Assembly: GCF_963921235.1 (NCBI RefSeq)
Contig: NC_086097.1
Coordinates: 65,660,001-65,724,000 of the forward strand
Origin: Mobula hypostoma
Lineage: Eukaryota
Direction of reading: 5' to 3'
DNA length: 64,000 nucleotides
The notes below the pieces were generated by a model. It saw only the letters and a program-made list of their open reading frames with translations, searched no databases and had not been told where the DNA came from. Position numbers and translations under genes: made by a program. Within the stretch, counting starts at the first letter, position 1, and each line of letters starts with the position of its first letter. This document shows positions 24,085-37,589 of this stretch, piece by piece.

Positions 24085-24990
24085 GTTTCTTTGTTGGTAG
24101 AATCATTGATAGATACAAACATTGTTGGTAGAATCTCAGGTGGTGACGAGAGGGCATACAGGAGTGAGATATGCCAACTAGTGGAATGGTGCCACAGCAA
24201 TAACCTGGCAGTCAATGTCAGTAAGATGAAAGAGCTGATTGTGGACTTCAGGAAGGGTAAAACGAAGGAGCACAAACCAATCCTCATAGAGGGATCAGAA
24301 GTGGACAGAGTGAGCAGCTTCAAGTTCCTGGGTGTCAAGATCTCTGAGGAACTAACCTGGTCCCAACATATCAGTGTAGTTATAAAGAAGGCAAGACAGC
24401 GGCTATACTTTATTAGGAGTTTGAAGAGATTTGGCATGTCAACAAATACACTCAAAAACTTCTATGGTTGTACTGTGGAGAGCACTCTGACAGGCTGCAT
24501 CACTGTCTGCTATGGAGGGACTACTGCACAGGGCTGAAAGAAGCTGCAAGAGGTTGTAAATTTAGTCAGTTCCATCTTGGACACTAGCCTACAAAGTACC
24601 CAGGGCATCTTTAGGGAGTGCCGTCTCAGAAAATCAGCGTCCATTATTAAGGACCTCCGGCACCCAGGGCATGCCCTTCTCTCACTGTTACCATCAGATA
24701 GGAGATACAGAAACCTGAAGATACACACTCAACGATTCAGGAACAGCTTCTTCCCCTCTGCCATCCGATTCCTAAATGGACATTGAAGCTTTGGACACTA
24801 CCTCACTTTTTTTAATATACAGCATTTCTGTTTTTGCATATTTTTAAAATCTATTCAATATACATAATTGATTTACTTGTTTATTATTATGTTTGATTTT
24901 ATTTATTATTATTTTTCTCTCTCTGCTAGATTATGTAATGCATTGAACTGCTGCTGCTAAATTAACAAATTTCATGTCACATGCCAGTGA
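24085..24990 (+). mobile_element. Rex1/Babar LINE 3' fragment
   Basis: ORFs 24091..24537 and 24577..24786 (KELIVDFRK, FKFLGV, HPGHALLSLLPS, RNSFFPSAIR). Confidence 0.88.
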
Positions 24991-25069
24991 TAATAAACCT
25001 GATTTTGATTTATTCCTCATCTATTAGGACATAGAGCAATCAGAAATTATTCTGGGGGCAGTGTTACGT

Positions 25070-25495
25070 TTTTTGTGTAAGATGTAGGAATTCTGGGAGA
25101 TGAACAGTTTCTCAGATAACGTCATGTACACCAGGTGCGCTGAGCTGCAGCTCCTCAGAACTTGTAAGGGAACTGGAGCTATAGCTTGATGACATTTGGC
25201 TGATATGGGAGACTGAGGAAGTGATAAATCAGAGTGACAGGGAGGTAGTCACCCTTAGTTTTCAGGAGGCAGGCAACTGAGTGACTGTCAGTTGAAGGAA
25301 GAAATGGGCAGCCAGTATAGTAATTATTGAGGCCATTCCCCTCAATAATATGTGTACTATTTTGGACATTACTGTTGAGGGGGACAACCTACTGGGAGAG
25401 CACCACAGCAACCAGGTTTCTGGCATTATGGCTCAGAAGAGAGATGAAGAAGACTGCACTAGTGATAGGAGATTCCATGTTTAGAGGAATAGAGG
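25070..25495 (+). mobile_element. Degraded CR1 ORF1 5' fragment
   Basis: Colinear with the CR1 ORF1 at 13650-14117 (C..C.ELQLL; ALVIGDSMFRG). Confidence 0.6.
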
Positions 25496-25739
25496 AGCCA
25501 TGTATTTATTTTCTTGTCTGTGTTATATTTTGTGTTGCACACTTATTATGGGTAATTTGTCACGTGGGTTGGGTGTGATAGAAGCGATTGAATATAGTTA
25601 TATAATCATGCTTTATCTAAGTTCGAATTTGTCCGTTTCAAGAGAAGATCGTGAGTAGCTATATTATTTCTGGATTGGAAGTGGCTGGCTTAGATGCTGA
25701 AAACTGTTGTGAACGACCTGATATTGATATGCAGGAAAG

Positions 25740-28345
25740 TGTGTGCCTAAACCAATGGAGCCATTGCAAGTGATTTGCAGTATTAATGATGGACCCTATG
25801 CAATTAGAACAATGTTAAATTGGACTGTGAATGGCCCACTGAAAGGAGACTGTGGTGTTGGGTGAAACTGTGCTCAGCTTGATCTGACGGTTAACAGGAT
25901 CTCAGTTTTGAACTTAAACCGCTGCTGCCAATGCTCATGCAAGGCAGACTTCCCCAAATGTAGTCAGGATGGTTAAACTGGTTTCTCAAGGAAAAGCATT
26001 GTCTCTCTATCCTGACCTTGTATCCATTTGTGCTGAAGGGGGCTTTGAACTCAAAGTGGATAAGCATCAGACATAGTGTGCTACTAAAGAGACGTGAAGG
26101 ATTTGGATTTGGATCAAGATATTCTTTTGGAGAGCGAGTACTGGATGTGCAATGGTGCATTCAGTTTGATACTTTCAAGTCAGTATCCAAGACAGACGAG
26201 AAGCGGGATTCTTTCCACAGTTAGTTGCATCTCTGATCCCTTTGGAATCTCGAGTTTGATTATGTTATCTGCTAAGAATATCTTAAAAGATCTAAGTCAG
26301 AAGGGAATTAGCTGGGATAACACTATACCAACATCAGATGCTCATGAGTGGATAGCTGGCTGGAAGAACTCTGCCAGTTAGAGGATGTCAAGGTTGTTTG
26401 AAACTCTTGGATTTTGGAGAAGTTGCTGTTACACAGTTACATCACTTTACAGATGCAAGCAAAGATAGCAATGGAGCAGTGACCTACCTATTGTTGCACA
26501 ACACATGTCCTCAGGTGTGGACCTGATGGGAAAACCTGAGGTAGCTCCATTAAAGTCAGTATCCATCCCTTGTATGGAGCGCATTGCTGCTACAATGGCA
26601 AGCTGTGTGGATACATTCTGGAGGAAGGACTTACAAGTGCAGCTTAAGGACTCAGTTTTTAGGACTGATGGTACTTCTGTGCTGAGGTATATCAAGAATG
26701 GAACTTCAGGTTCTGAGCCTTTGTTGCCGACAGAAGTTTCAGAAATTCTTAAGCTCTCACAAGCATCTCAATGGAGGTGTGTAAACACATTGAGCAACAT
26801 GGCAGATGTGGTCTCTGGAGGGTTGAAGGAGAAGGCTTTCCTGAAGGATGAGACATGGGCGTCAGGGCCTTAGTATCTTCTTTAGCCTGAAGGCGAATGG
26901 CCTGTGAATCCCATCTGTTCTGGAGAACTTATGCTAGATGATCTGGAAGTCAAGAGGAGTGTTGCAATGAATGTCATGCAAACTGAAGAGGAGGTGGACG
27001 CGGTAACACATCTAATCCATCTCTTCTCGTCTTGGACCCATTTGAGAGAAGTCATTGAGAAGTGGAATAATTCACAGATCAGTGATGTCCTCCTTCAGAA
27101 AGAAATTAAGTGATTTTTGTTCCCCCATCTGGTTCATATCATGGAGGAACAGGGGAAACGTTGATCAGGTCTGTGTGAAAGGTCCTCAATTCAACCATGA
27201 AGGTACAGTGTCTCGACAAAGAGGGTTTCCACACACCTCTTTCTGAAGTAGAGGCTATTATCAATGGTCATCCAATTACAAAAGCAACATCTGGTCCAAT
27301 GATTTGGAAGCAATAACACCCAACCATCTGTTGCTTCCAAAGAATTCACCATCCTTACCACCAGGAGAGTCCCAAAAGGAAGATGTTTATTGTTGTTATA
27401 GATGGAAGCAAGTCCAATGCAGGTCAAACTTGTTCTGGAAATGTGGATCAAGGAGTACCTACCACAGCTGCAAGAATGTTAGAAATGGTCAGGTATGAAA
27501 TACAATTTCCTCTCAGGAGACATTGTGCTTATTGTTGATTAGATTAGATTAGATTAGATTAGATTATGAGGACACGCAGTCCTCTTTTATTGTCATTTAG
27601 TAATGCATGCATTAAGAAATTATACAATGTTCCTCCGGTGTGATATCACAAACACAAGACAGACCAAGACTGAAAAACTGACAAAAACCACATAATTATA
27701 ACATATAGTTACAACAGTGCAAGCAATACCGTAACTTGATGAAGAACAGGCCATGGGCACAGTAAAAAAAGTTCAAAGTCTCTCGAAAGTCCCATCATCT
27801 CACGCAGACGGGAGAAGGAAGAAAACTCTCCTCCTGTCATGAACTTCCAGCGTTGCAAACTTACCGATGCAGCATCTGGAAGCACCGGACCACAGTCCGA
27901 CTCTGAGTCGTCGAAAATTTCGAGCCTCTGACCAGCCTTCCGACACTAAGCACCGTGCACCGAGCGCTTCGACCCCAGCCCTGGCCGCCAGCAACAGGAA
28001 AAGCCGAGGGATTTGGGGCCTTCCCTCTGGAGATTCTCGATCGCACAGTAGCAGCGGCAGCGAACTGGGCATTCAGAAGTTTTCCAGATGTTCCTCCGTG
28101 CTTCTCACATCTGTCCCCATCAAATAAGAATTGTGCACAGCCCCCTATTTAACAAATACGATATAATTTCACCGGAGAGGCCACGCGTGCTGTGTTGCGT
28201 CACCATCTTCTCATCCCGCCATTGCACCTTGAAGCTTGTGGGTCATGGGAGGAGACATTCAAGTCTTTCCAGGCAGAAGAGGATTTGTGTGTCGGGTGCA
28301 CATCAAAACCAAGACCAGCTGTCTGGACAGACCTGTAGATCTATC
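25740..28345 (+). mobile_element. Highly degraded BEL/Pao pol (RNase H and integrase remnants)
   Basis: [55 protein letters not shown] and WKQVQ..NLFW. No LTRs were identified. Confidence 0.8.
27537..28220 (-). mobile_element. ~690-bp non-coding retroposon-like repeat, copy 1
   Basis: Colinear with 35358-36043 and carries a (CTAAT)n tail. It interrupts the BEL integrase remnant. Confidence 0.75.
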
Positions 28346-28419
28346 ATGAAGTAGAGGTTTGAGGAGCTACAGCTCTGGAAGCTACATGATTTTGACTTGA
28401 ATAACTGATGTGCTGTCAG

Positions 28420-31190
28420 AAGTCTTGGTACACATTAGCACCAATGACGTAGGAAAGGAGAGGAGCTCCTGAAGAGAGATTTTAGGGAGCTAGGTTGAAG
28501 GCTGAAAAGCAGCACTGCCAGGGTAGTAATCTCTGGTTTGCTGCCTGTGCCACATGGCAGTGAGGGTAAGAATAGGAACATTTGGCAGATAAATACGTGG
28601 CTGAGGAACTGGTGCAAGGGGCAGGGGTTCAGATTTCTAGATCATTGGGATCTCTTCTGGGGAATGCACAACCTGGACAAAGAGAGACAGATTACACCTG
28701 AACCTGAGGAGGACCAATATCTTTGTGGACAGGTTTGCTGGAGCTGTTCGGGAGGGTTTAATCCAAAAGTTCCCAATTTGGGTTCCACAAAGCCCTTGGT
28801 TAATGGTCGGGGTCTATGGCATATAAAAGGTGGGGACACCTGGTTTAAACTAATTTGGCAGGGGGAAGGGGAATTGGAGTGATAGGGTTGAGAATGGTGC
28901 AGCTGGTTCACAAATATGCAGTGTGTAGTGAGACTGGTGGCAATGACAGGCAAACTGCAGTCAGCAGAATGCATTGCAATTTAAAAGGGGGACAAAATCG
29001 AAAAAGATAATGAATACCGGACTAAAGGTGTTATATTTGAATGCATGCAGTATACTTAATAAGATAGATGAACTTGAAGCACAGTCGGAGATTGGCAGGT
29101 ATGATGATGTGGGCATCAGTGAGTCGTGGCTGAGGGAAGCTTTTTGTTGGGAGCTTTACATCCAAAGATACATATTGCATTGAAAGGTAGATGAGTTGGG
29201 GTGGCTCTGTCAGTCTAAAAGAAATGAAATCAAATCCTTAACAAAAGGTGACATAGGATCAGAAGGTGTAGAATCCTTGTGGGTTGAGTTAAGAAACTGC
29301 AAGAGTGAAAAGACACTGAATGGAGTTCTATACAGGCCTCCGAACTCTGTCCAGGATGTGGGCTACAAATTTAAGTGAGATGGGAAAGGTTTGTCAAAAG
29401 GGCAATGTTACGACAGTAATGGTGAATTACAATATGCAGGTAGATTGGGGAAAATCAGGATGTCGCTGGATTCCAAAAAGGGGAATTTCTAGAATGCCGA
29501 CAAGATGGCTTTTTAGAGATGCTTGTGGTTGAGCCCACATGGGATCAGCTATTCTGGATTGGGTGTTGTGCAATGAATCGGAATTGATTAGAGAGCTTAA
29601 GGTAAAGGAATTGTAAGGGAGCAGTGATCATAATATGATAGGATTCACCCTGCAATTTGAGAGTGAGGAGCTAAAGTCAGATGTATTAGTATGGCAGTGG
29701 AGTAAAGAGAATTAAAGAGGCATGAGAGGGGAGCTGGCCAGAGTTGATTGGAAGCTGACACTGGCAGGGTGACAGTAGAGGAGCAATAATTGGAATTTCT
29801 GGGAGCAATTCGGAAGGTACAGAATAGATACATTCCAAAGAAGTAGTAGTATTCTAAAGGCAGGATGACACAACCTTGGTTGACAGAGGAAGTCAAAGCC
29901 AATATAAAAGCCAAAGAGAGAGCATACAACAGAGCAAAAATTAGTGGGAAGTTAGAGGATTGGGAAGCTTTTAAGAACCAACAGAAGGCAACTAAAAAAG
30001 TCATAAAGAGGGAAAAGATAGAATATGAAGATAAGCTTAGCCAATAATATCAAAGAGGATACCTAAAGCTTTTTCGGATTTATAAAAAGTTAAAGAGAGA
30101 TGAGAGTAGATATTGGACCACTGGAAAACGATGCTGGAGATGTCGTAATGAGGGACAAGGAAATGCTGGACGAACCGAGTAAGTATTTTGCATTAGTCTT
30201 CACTATGGAAGACACGAGTAGTTTGGTGGAAGTTCCAGTTGTCAGGGGTCATGAAGTGTATGAAATGACCATAACAAGGGAGAAGGTGCTTGGGAAATTG
30301 AAAGGTCTGAAGGCAGATAAATCATCTGCACCAGATGGTCCATACCCCAGGGTTCTGAAAGAGGTGGCTAAAGAGATTGTGGGGGCATTAGTATTGAAGT
30401 GAATTGACTTTATTTCTTATAAACTTCACATACATGAGGAGTAAAAATGTTTACGTTACGTCTCCATCTAAATGTGCAATGTGCAACCATAGCAATTTAT
30501 AATAAATAGAACGGTCAATGTAATATAGAGTACACTCAAATCAGCGTGAGTTCATCAGTCTAATGGCCTGGTGGAAGAAGCTGTCCTGGAGCCTGTTGGT
30601 CCGGGATAAATGATCTTATCAAGGATCAATAGATTCTGGCATTGTTCTGGAGGATTGAAAAATTTCAAATGTCACTCCACTTTTCAAGAAGGGAGAGAGT
30701 CAGAAGAAAGGAAGTTATCAACCAGTTAGTCTGATCTCAGTGGTTGGGAAGATGTTGGAGTCAATGTAGTTTCAGGGTACTTGGAGACACATGACATAGG
30801 AGGCTAAATATGTTAAGAGTCCGCAAAAGAACGAATGTGGAGAGGATGTTTCCTATGATGGGGAATCGAGGACAGAGAGCACAGCCTCAGAAGAGAGGGG
30901 CGTCCATTTAGAATGGAGATGAAGAGGCATTTCTTTAGCCAGAAAGTGGTCAATCTGTGGAATTTGTTACCACAGGCAGTTGTGGAGGCCAAGTCATTGG
31001 GTGTATTGAAGGCAGAGGATGATATTGATAGGTTCTTGATTTAGTCAGGGCATGAATGGTTACGGGAGGGGGCGCGAGGTGGGGCAGGCAAGAGATGGGG
31101 CTGAAAGGGAAATGGATCATTCATGATGAAATGGCAGAGCGGACTCGATGGGTCATGACCTAATTCCATTCCTCCATCTTGTGGTCTTTT
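28420..31190 (+). mobile_element. Degraded CR1 (esterase, APE, partial RT, 3' end) with small nested inserts
   Basis: FLDHWDLFWG, KVLYLNACS, ESLWVELRN and ORF 30100..30402. A minus-strand Rex-like 3' piece lies at about 30395-30605. Confidence 0.8.
28764..28842. mobile_element. Possible 79-bp hAT-type MITE
   Basis: It interrupts the CR1, has 8-bp flanks GTTTAATC/GTTTAAAC, and has degenerate inverted termini. Confidence 0.5.
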
Positions 31191-32354
31191 ATTTTCTGAA
31201 ATTGAGCTTAAAACCAGGAACCACTGTGTTACGCTCTGACTGCAATAAATAGGCATGCGGACAGTCACCACTGTTTCTCCTCTACAGATTGTGGAAATCT
31301 GAAATGAAAACAATGCTGTGAATACTCAGTACAGCAGGCAATAATGGCAGAAAGAAAAATAGATTATTTTAAGTTTAAGACCCTTTACCATAACCATGAA
31401 AGGAGGGGAGAACTCATTTTTAATTCTTTCTTTCCAAGTTCTGGTCAAGTATCCAAAACCGAAAAGGTTCACTATTTCTCTTTCCACAGATGCTGCCTGA
31501 GCTGCAAAGCCTTTCAGCATTTTCTATGTTTATTTCATCCACAACATTATCTTGAATTGTCTCTCAATAGATGCTGGCTGAATGCTGTGTTCTGAATTTT
31601 AGCTTCAGCAAGTAGTTTTTTTTTCCCCGATTGTCTTTATTCGTCTCTGAATTTAAACTCCTGATTGATCAGTTATGGTGAATGAAAAAGGCATCAGAAG
31701 CAATTATATCACCTTGACAATGCCAGTCTCCACCCTGTCTTAGACATTTCCTTTGTTCTCTCATGGTTGAAGCTTAGAACACACTTGGTTGCTCATCTGT
31801 TTCAGCTCAGATGAGTTATTGACTTCAAATGTTAACTTGGTACCTTACTTCTCAGTTGCTGCCTTGCCTGCTGAGTATTTCAAGTATTGTATAGTTTTAT
31901 TTCAGACTTTAGCAACTGGAGTCCTGTGTGACTCAATTACTGTACAGTGTAAACTGTTCTTAGAGAATGAATGCAATTTTTAAAAAAAAATGTGGTTCGA
32001 TGTTGAGTTCCTCGCTACTATCTGAGATTCTTCCAATGACAATTGTCATCAGCAAACTTATAGATGGTTGTTTGAGCTGTGCCTAGCCCCATAGTCATGA
32101 GTGGAGAGAATGTTTGTATTAAAAAGACAGAAAATACCTTAGCAGCTCTTGAGGAGAGAGAGAAGCAATCTACTATTTTGGGTCAATACTCTTTCATCTG
32201 AATTGTATTCTGAACCAATGTTGGCTGACTTGCAGAGTATTTCCAGCTTCTGTTTTTATTTCAGTTTTCTGGCATCTGAAATTTGCTTTTTGACAATATT
32301 TGTGGCTTTGGGGGATATCTACAGCAAAGTGAATATCCGTGCATTATATATGTA

Positions 32355-33974
32355 CAGTTGAAGTCAGAAGTTTACACACACCTTAGCCAAATACATTTAA
32401 ACTCAGTTTTTCACAATTCCTGACATGTAATCCTGAAAAACATTCCCTGTCTTAGGTCAGTTAGGATCACTACTTTATTTTAAGAATGTGAAATGTTAGA
32501 ATAATAGTAGAGAGAATAATTTATTTCAGCTTTTATTTCTTTCATCACTTTCCCAGTGAGTCAGAAGTTTACATACACTTTGTTAGTATTTGGTAGCATT
32601 GCCTTTAAATTGTTTAACTTGGGTCAAACATTTTGGGTAGCCTTCCACAAGATTCTCACAGTAAGTTGCTGGAATTTTGTTCTATTCCTCCAGCGAGAAC
32701 TGGTGTAACTGAGTCAGGTTTGTAGGCCTCCTTGCTCGCACATGCTTTTTCAGTTCTGCCCACAAATTTTCTATCGGATTGAGGACAGAAAGTGATGTCA
32801 AGCCTGGTTCGTCCTTGGGAGCAATTTCCAAATGCCTGAAGGTACCATGCTCACCTGTACAAACAAGTATAAACACCACGCAGCCGTCACCGCTCAGGAA
32901 GGAGACGCATTCTGTCTCCTAGAGGTGAACATACTTTGGCGCAAAAAGTGCAAATCAATCCCAGAACAACAGCAAAGGACCTTGTGAAGACGCTGGAGGA
33001 AACAGGAAGACAAGTGTCTATATCCACAGTAAAACGAGTTCTATATCGACATAACCTGAAAGGCTGCTCAGCAAGGAAGAAGCCACTGCTCCAAAACTGC
33101 TATAAAAAAGCCAGACTACAGTTTGCAACTGCACATGGGGATAAAGATCTGACTTTTTGGAGAAATGTCCTCTGGTCTGATGAAACAAAAATTGAACTGT
33201 TTCGCCATAATGACCATCGTTATGTTTGGAGGAAAAAGGGTGAGGCTTGCAAGCCGAGGAACACCATCCCAACCATGAAGCATAGGGGTGGCAGCATCAT
33301 GTTGTGGGGGTGCTTTGCTGCAGGAGGGACTGGTGCACTTTACAGAATAGATGGCATCAATGAGGAAGGAAAATTATGTGGATATATTGAAGCAACATCT
33401 CAAGACATCAGCCAGGAAGTTAAAGCTGGGTTGCAAATGGGTCTTCCAAATGGACAATGACCCCAAACATACCTCCAAAGTTGTGGCAAAATTGCTTAAG
33501 GTCAACAAAATCAAGGTATTGGAGTGGCCATCACAAAGCCCTGACCTCAATCTGATAGATAATTTGTGGGCAGAACTGAAAAAGTGTGTGCGAGCAAGGA
33601 GGCCTACAAACCTGACTCAGTTACACCAGTTCTGGCTGGAGGAATGGAACAAAATTCCAGCACCTTATTGTGAGAATCTTGTGGAAGGCTACCCAAAATG
33701 TTTGACCCAAGTTAAACAATTTAAAGGCAATGCTACCAAATACTAACAAAGTGTATGTAAACTTCTGACTCACTGGGAAAGTGATGAAAGAAAAAAAAGC
33801 TGAAATAAATTATTCTCTCTACTATTATTCTAACATTTCACGTTCTTAAAATAAAGTAGTGATCCTAACTGACCTAAAACAGGGAACGTTTTCTAGGATT
33901 AAATGTCAGGAATTGGGAAAAACTGAGTTTAAGTGTATTTGGCTAAGGTGTATGTAAATTTCTAACTTCAACTG
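32355..33974 (+). mobile_element. Sleeping Beauty-family Tc1 transposon with a rearranged left end
   Basis: TA TSD, termini CAGTTGAAGTCAGAAGTTTAC with an inner direct repeat near 32552, and a transposase closely matching SB, ending FKGNATKY. Confidence 0.93.
32798..33746 (+). pseudogene. SB-like DD34E transposase, N-terminally truncated and frameshifted
   Basis: ORFs 32936..33460 and 33351..33746 contain WSDETKIELF, KHRGGSIMLWGCF, FQMDNDPKHTS and SPDLNLIDNLW. Confidence 0.92.
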
Positions 33975-35357
33975 TACATGCTGCCTGCTTTAGTTGACTA
34001 AGGGAAATTAAAATAAGATCTTCTCTCTTGAGATTGGGGGTTAGATAACCTCCCTAATACTGCAGTGAACAAACAATGCATATTGCAGAAATCAGCAGCA
34101 GCCGCTAGGAATGATCCTGAGCCAAAGGAGCTGAGAATGATCATGACTTGACGTTCACTGGAAATGTTGTAAAACTGTTTTTGAGATTTGTGATCTACAA
34201 GAACTGACTTGGTGAAACCAAAACTACTTTGACAATTATTTAGCAAGACTTCCTGAGAATAGGTTTTCTGTGGATGTCTTGAGTAATGAATCTTTTTTTT
34301 TTGTCTCCTTCCACATGGTCTCCATAATTCTCTGCAATGTCTCTGAACCTACAGTCCATCTACATGTTATGCAGTAAGATAAATGGTGCTTGGTGTAGTT
34401 TGAGTCAGATTGGGAATTCAAGTGCAGAAGAGTTTTTTTGAGGGTACAAGGAAGGCTCCATCATAAGTAGTATACCAAGTAAGCAGTACATTCTTTGGAA
34501 TAATCTGATATTGCGGTTGTTCTGGAGGAGAGAGGACTAATGAAAGCTGATAGTTTTTGTTTACTCATGGTACAATCTCTTGCTTTAATAAAGTTGAAAT
34601 TTTAATATCACGCTCGAGACAATCATTGGACATCAGGATGTTATGCACTGGAATAATATTTCTTGAGAAATGAAAATAAGTCCCATTATGTGCTGCTCCT
34701 GATTCAGCTTTCTTTCAAAGTGCACATCATTCTGCTAAGTTAATTTAGAAATAAAATAATATAGTATTAATAGTGGAACATTACTGAAGGAGTCCCTCTG
34801 CTGTTCAGTCCATGCCCTATCATGAGCTTTTTCACTAATGATTGCACATTGATCAATTCCCATCACATCTCCTTGTTAGTTGAAGCAGTGCATTTTTGCA
34901 TACAGCAAGACTTGGACCACATTCAACTTTGCATCAATATACCGCACTTAACGTGTGCCAGATAAATTCCAGACAATGACCTTTACAACAAGGGTGAATC
35001 AAGCGAGTAGCAAGCAACTCTTGAATGTTATCACTATCAACAAGTCCCCCGCTATTAACATACTAGGGGCACTGTAGAATGCAGATTCAATGGAATCACC
35101 GAAATATCATGGTTATGAAAGCAGGCTGAAGACAAGGTACTGACCTCATGACATCGCAAAGCTTTTCCACAAAGCACTATACAAGAGTGTCATGGAATGC
35201 AGCCTACCTGACAAAATGGCCTGGAGCTCCAGCAACTCTCAAGGAGCTCAACTCCAATCAAAGGGACAATGGTTTTCCACCACAGTTGCAGTGTACATTA
35301 TTTAGAAGATGCATTGCAATTACTTGTCAGCACTAAGGACGAGAACTTTATTTGTAT

Positions 35358-36043
35358 TTAGATTAGATTATGAGGACACTTAGTCCTCGTTTATTGTCAT
35401 TTAGAAATGCATACATTAAAAAATGATACAATGTTCCTCCAGAATGATATCACAAGAAGCACAAGACAAACCAAGACTAAAACTGACAAAACCACATAAT
35501 TATAACATATAGTTACAACAGTGCAAAGCAAAACCGTAATTTGATAAAGAGCAGACCATGGGCATGGTAAAAAAAAGTCTCAAAATTCCAATAGCCTCAT
35601 CATCTCACGCAGACAGTAGAAGGGAGAAACTCTCCCTGCCATGAACCTCCAAGCACCGCAAACTTGCCGATGCCGAACCATTGGAAGCACCCGACTGCAG
35701 CGGACTCTTGAGTCCATCTGAAAACTTCGAGCCTCGGACCAGCCCTCCGACACAACCTCTCCAAGCACCATCCTCTGCCGAGCGCTTCGACCACGCTCCG
35801 GCCGCCGAGCAACAAGCAAAGCTGAGGACTCAGGGCCTTCCCCTCTGGAGATTCTGGATCACACAGTAGCAGCAGCAGCAGTGAAGCAGGCATTTCAGAA
35901 GTTTCACCAGATGTTCCTCTGTGCTCTCATGTTCGTCTCCATCAAATCAGGATTGTGCACGGCACCCTACCTGACAGTTAACAGACATCACCACCGGAGT
36001 GGCCACTGCAAGCTGCATCACGCTGCCATCTTCTCCTCCTGCC
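35358..36043 (-). mobile_element. ~690-bp non-coding retroposon-like repeat, copy 2
   Basis: Colinear with 27537-28220 and has the same termini. Confidence 0.75.
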
Positions 36044-36839
36044 AAGTGCTAGGATCAGGGACTATATTATCAATTATGTCACTCAAAGTCTTGTAGTTAA
36101 CACCTTGGTCTAATTACAGGAGCTCCCTCACCAACACTACTGGAAATAACTCTTCAGAAGAACTGCACATTCTTGAGCACTTAAGGATGAACAGTAAATA
36201 CTGGCTTTGCCAGTGATAGCCAAGTGCTTAAAGAAACATATATGGACAATTTGTGAATTTGAATAAAGCGTTCTATAACAAATTTTTGCATAACATAGTG
36301 CTCATCAAAGTAAGCAGTTTTGTTATCCAAAAATGCAAGTTTACTTCAAAGATACTAATATTGACCAAATAAATATTTAGTGATGGCTATTGAATGGACC
36401 TCTTGTAGATAGACTTTTGATAGACTTTTGACCTCACATTCTACCCCGTCATGATTTTGCAGCTTATAATCTGCCAGTACTGCTTTCTCATTTACTTCAT
36501 TCTGTTATTGCTTTCCTCTTGTACTACTTCAATGTACTGATGTGATGAAATGATCTGTATGGATGGTATGCGAAACAAAGGTTTCCACCGTACCTTAGTA
36601 CATGTCACAATAGTAAACCAATTTTTCAATGTTTTGCAAATCCTTGCATCCTTGTTCTACTGATTTCTGCCTATAGATATAAAACGATATAAGATATGCA
36701 AGGTACATTCCATATAATAAATAATGCAACATGGCTGCTATATATATTGAATGTAAAAGTATTGAAACTTGTGTGTTATTTTGAAAGAATATCTCCAACT
36801 GTATAACTAGAGTTTAGACAAGAATTGTAGTATTATCAC

Positions 36840-37585
36840 CATTGATTCTCATGGTTATCTTGACTATACCTTTTCCTACCTTATCTCCTGTAAAAATATT
36901 ATTCCCTTTTCTCAGTTTCTTTGCCTCCATCATATCTGTTCCCAGGATGCAGTTTTCCACACCAGGACATCAGAAATGTCCTCATTCTTCAAAGTACAAG
37001 ATTTTTCCTCCCTCCATTATTGATGCTGACCTCTCTTGCATTTCCTCCATTCCCCAAGCATCTGCGCTCACCCGCTCTTCCTGCTGCCTTAACAGTGGTA
37101 GAGTTCCTTTTGTCTTACCTATTACCCCATCAGCCTCCATTTCCAACAAATCATCCTCTGCACCTTCTGCCATTTCCAAATGGATCCTACTATCCTTTCA
37201 CTAAACATATCTTTACCTCCCACACCCACCTCTAGCTGTCTGCAGGGAATGTTCCCTTTGCAATTCCCTTGCCATTCGAACCTCCACACTAATCTCCCTT
37301 CCGACACCTATCCCTGCAAGAAGTCTAAATGCTACACTTGCTCATACATCTCCTCCATCACCTCCATTCAGGGCCCCAAACAGTCCTTCAAGGTGAGACA
37401 ATACTTCACCTGCAAATCTGCTGGGATTTTCTATTGTGTCCAGTGCTCCTAATGCAACTTCCTTTACACTGGGGAGATCCGTCGTAAATTGGGACACTGC
37501 TTCATTGAGGACCTCCCTTCCATCTGCCATGAGTGGAACTTCCCCGTGGTCAAATTTTAACTTCCATTCCTGTTTCATCATGGCT
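36840..37585 (+). mobile_element. Neptune-like PLE fragment (Cys-rich linker plus GIY-YIG)
   Basis: YPCKKSKCYTC...FTCKSAGIFYCVQCS in ORF 37180..37452. Confidence 0.78.
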
Positions 37586-37589
37586 TCAT

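Noticed and set aside
27537..27566. (GATTA)n as a CRISPR or telomeric array
   Set aside because: It is a simple retroposon tail with no spacers.
33980..35340. Short ORFs in apparently unique DNA as host exons
   Set aside because: No recognisable protein motif or consistent splice-site pair was found.
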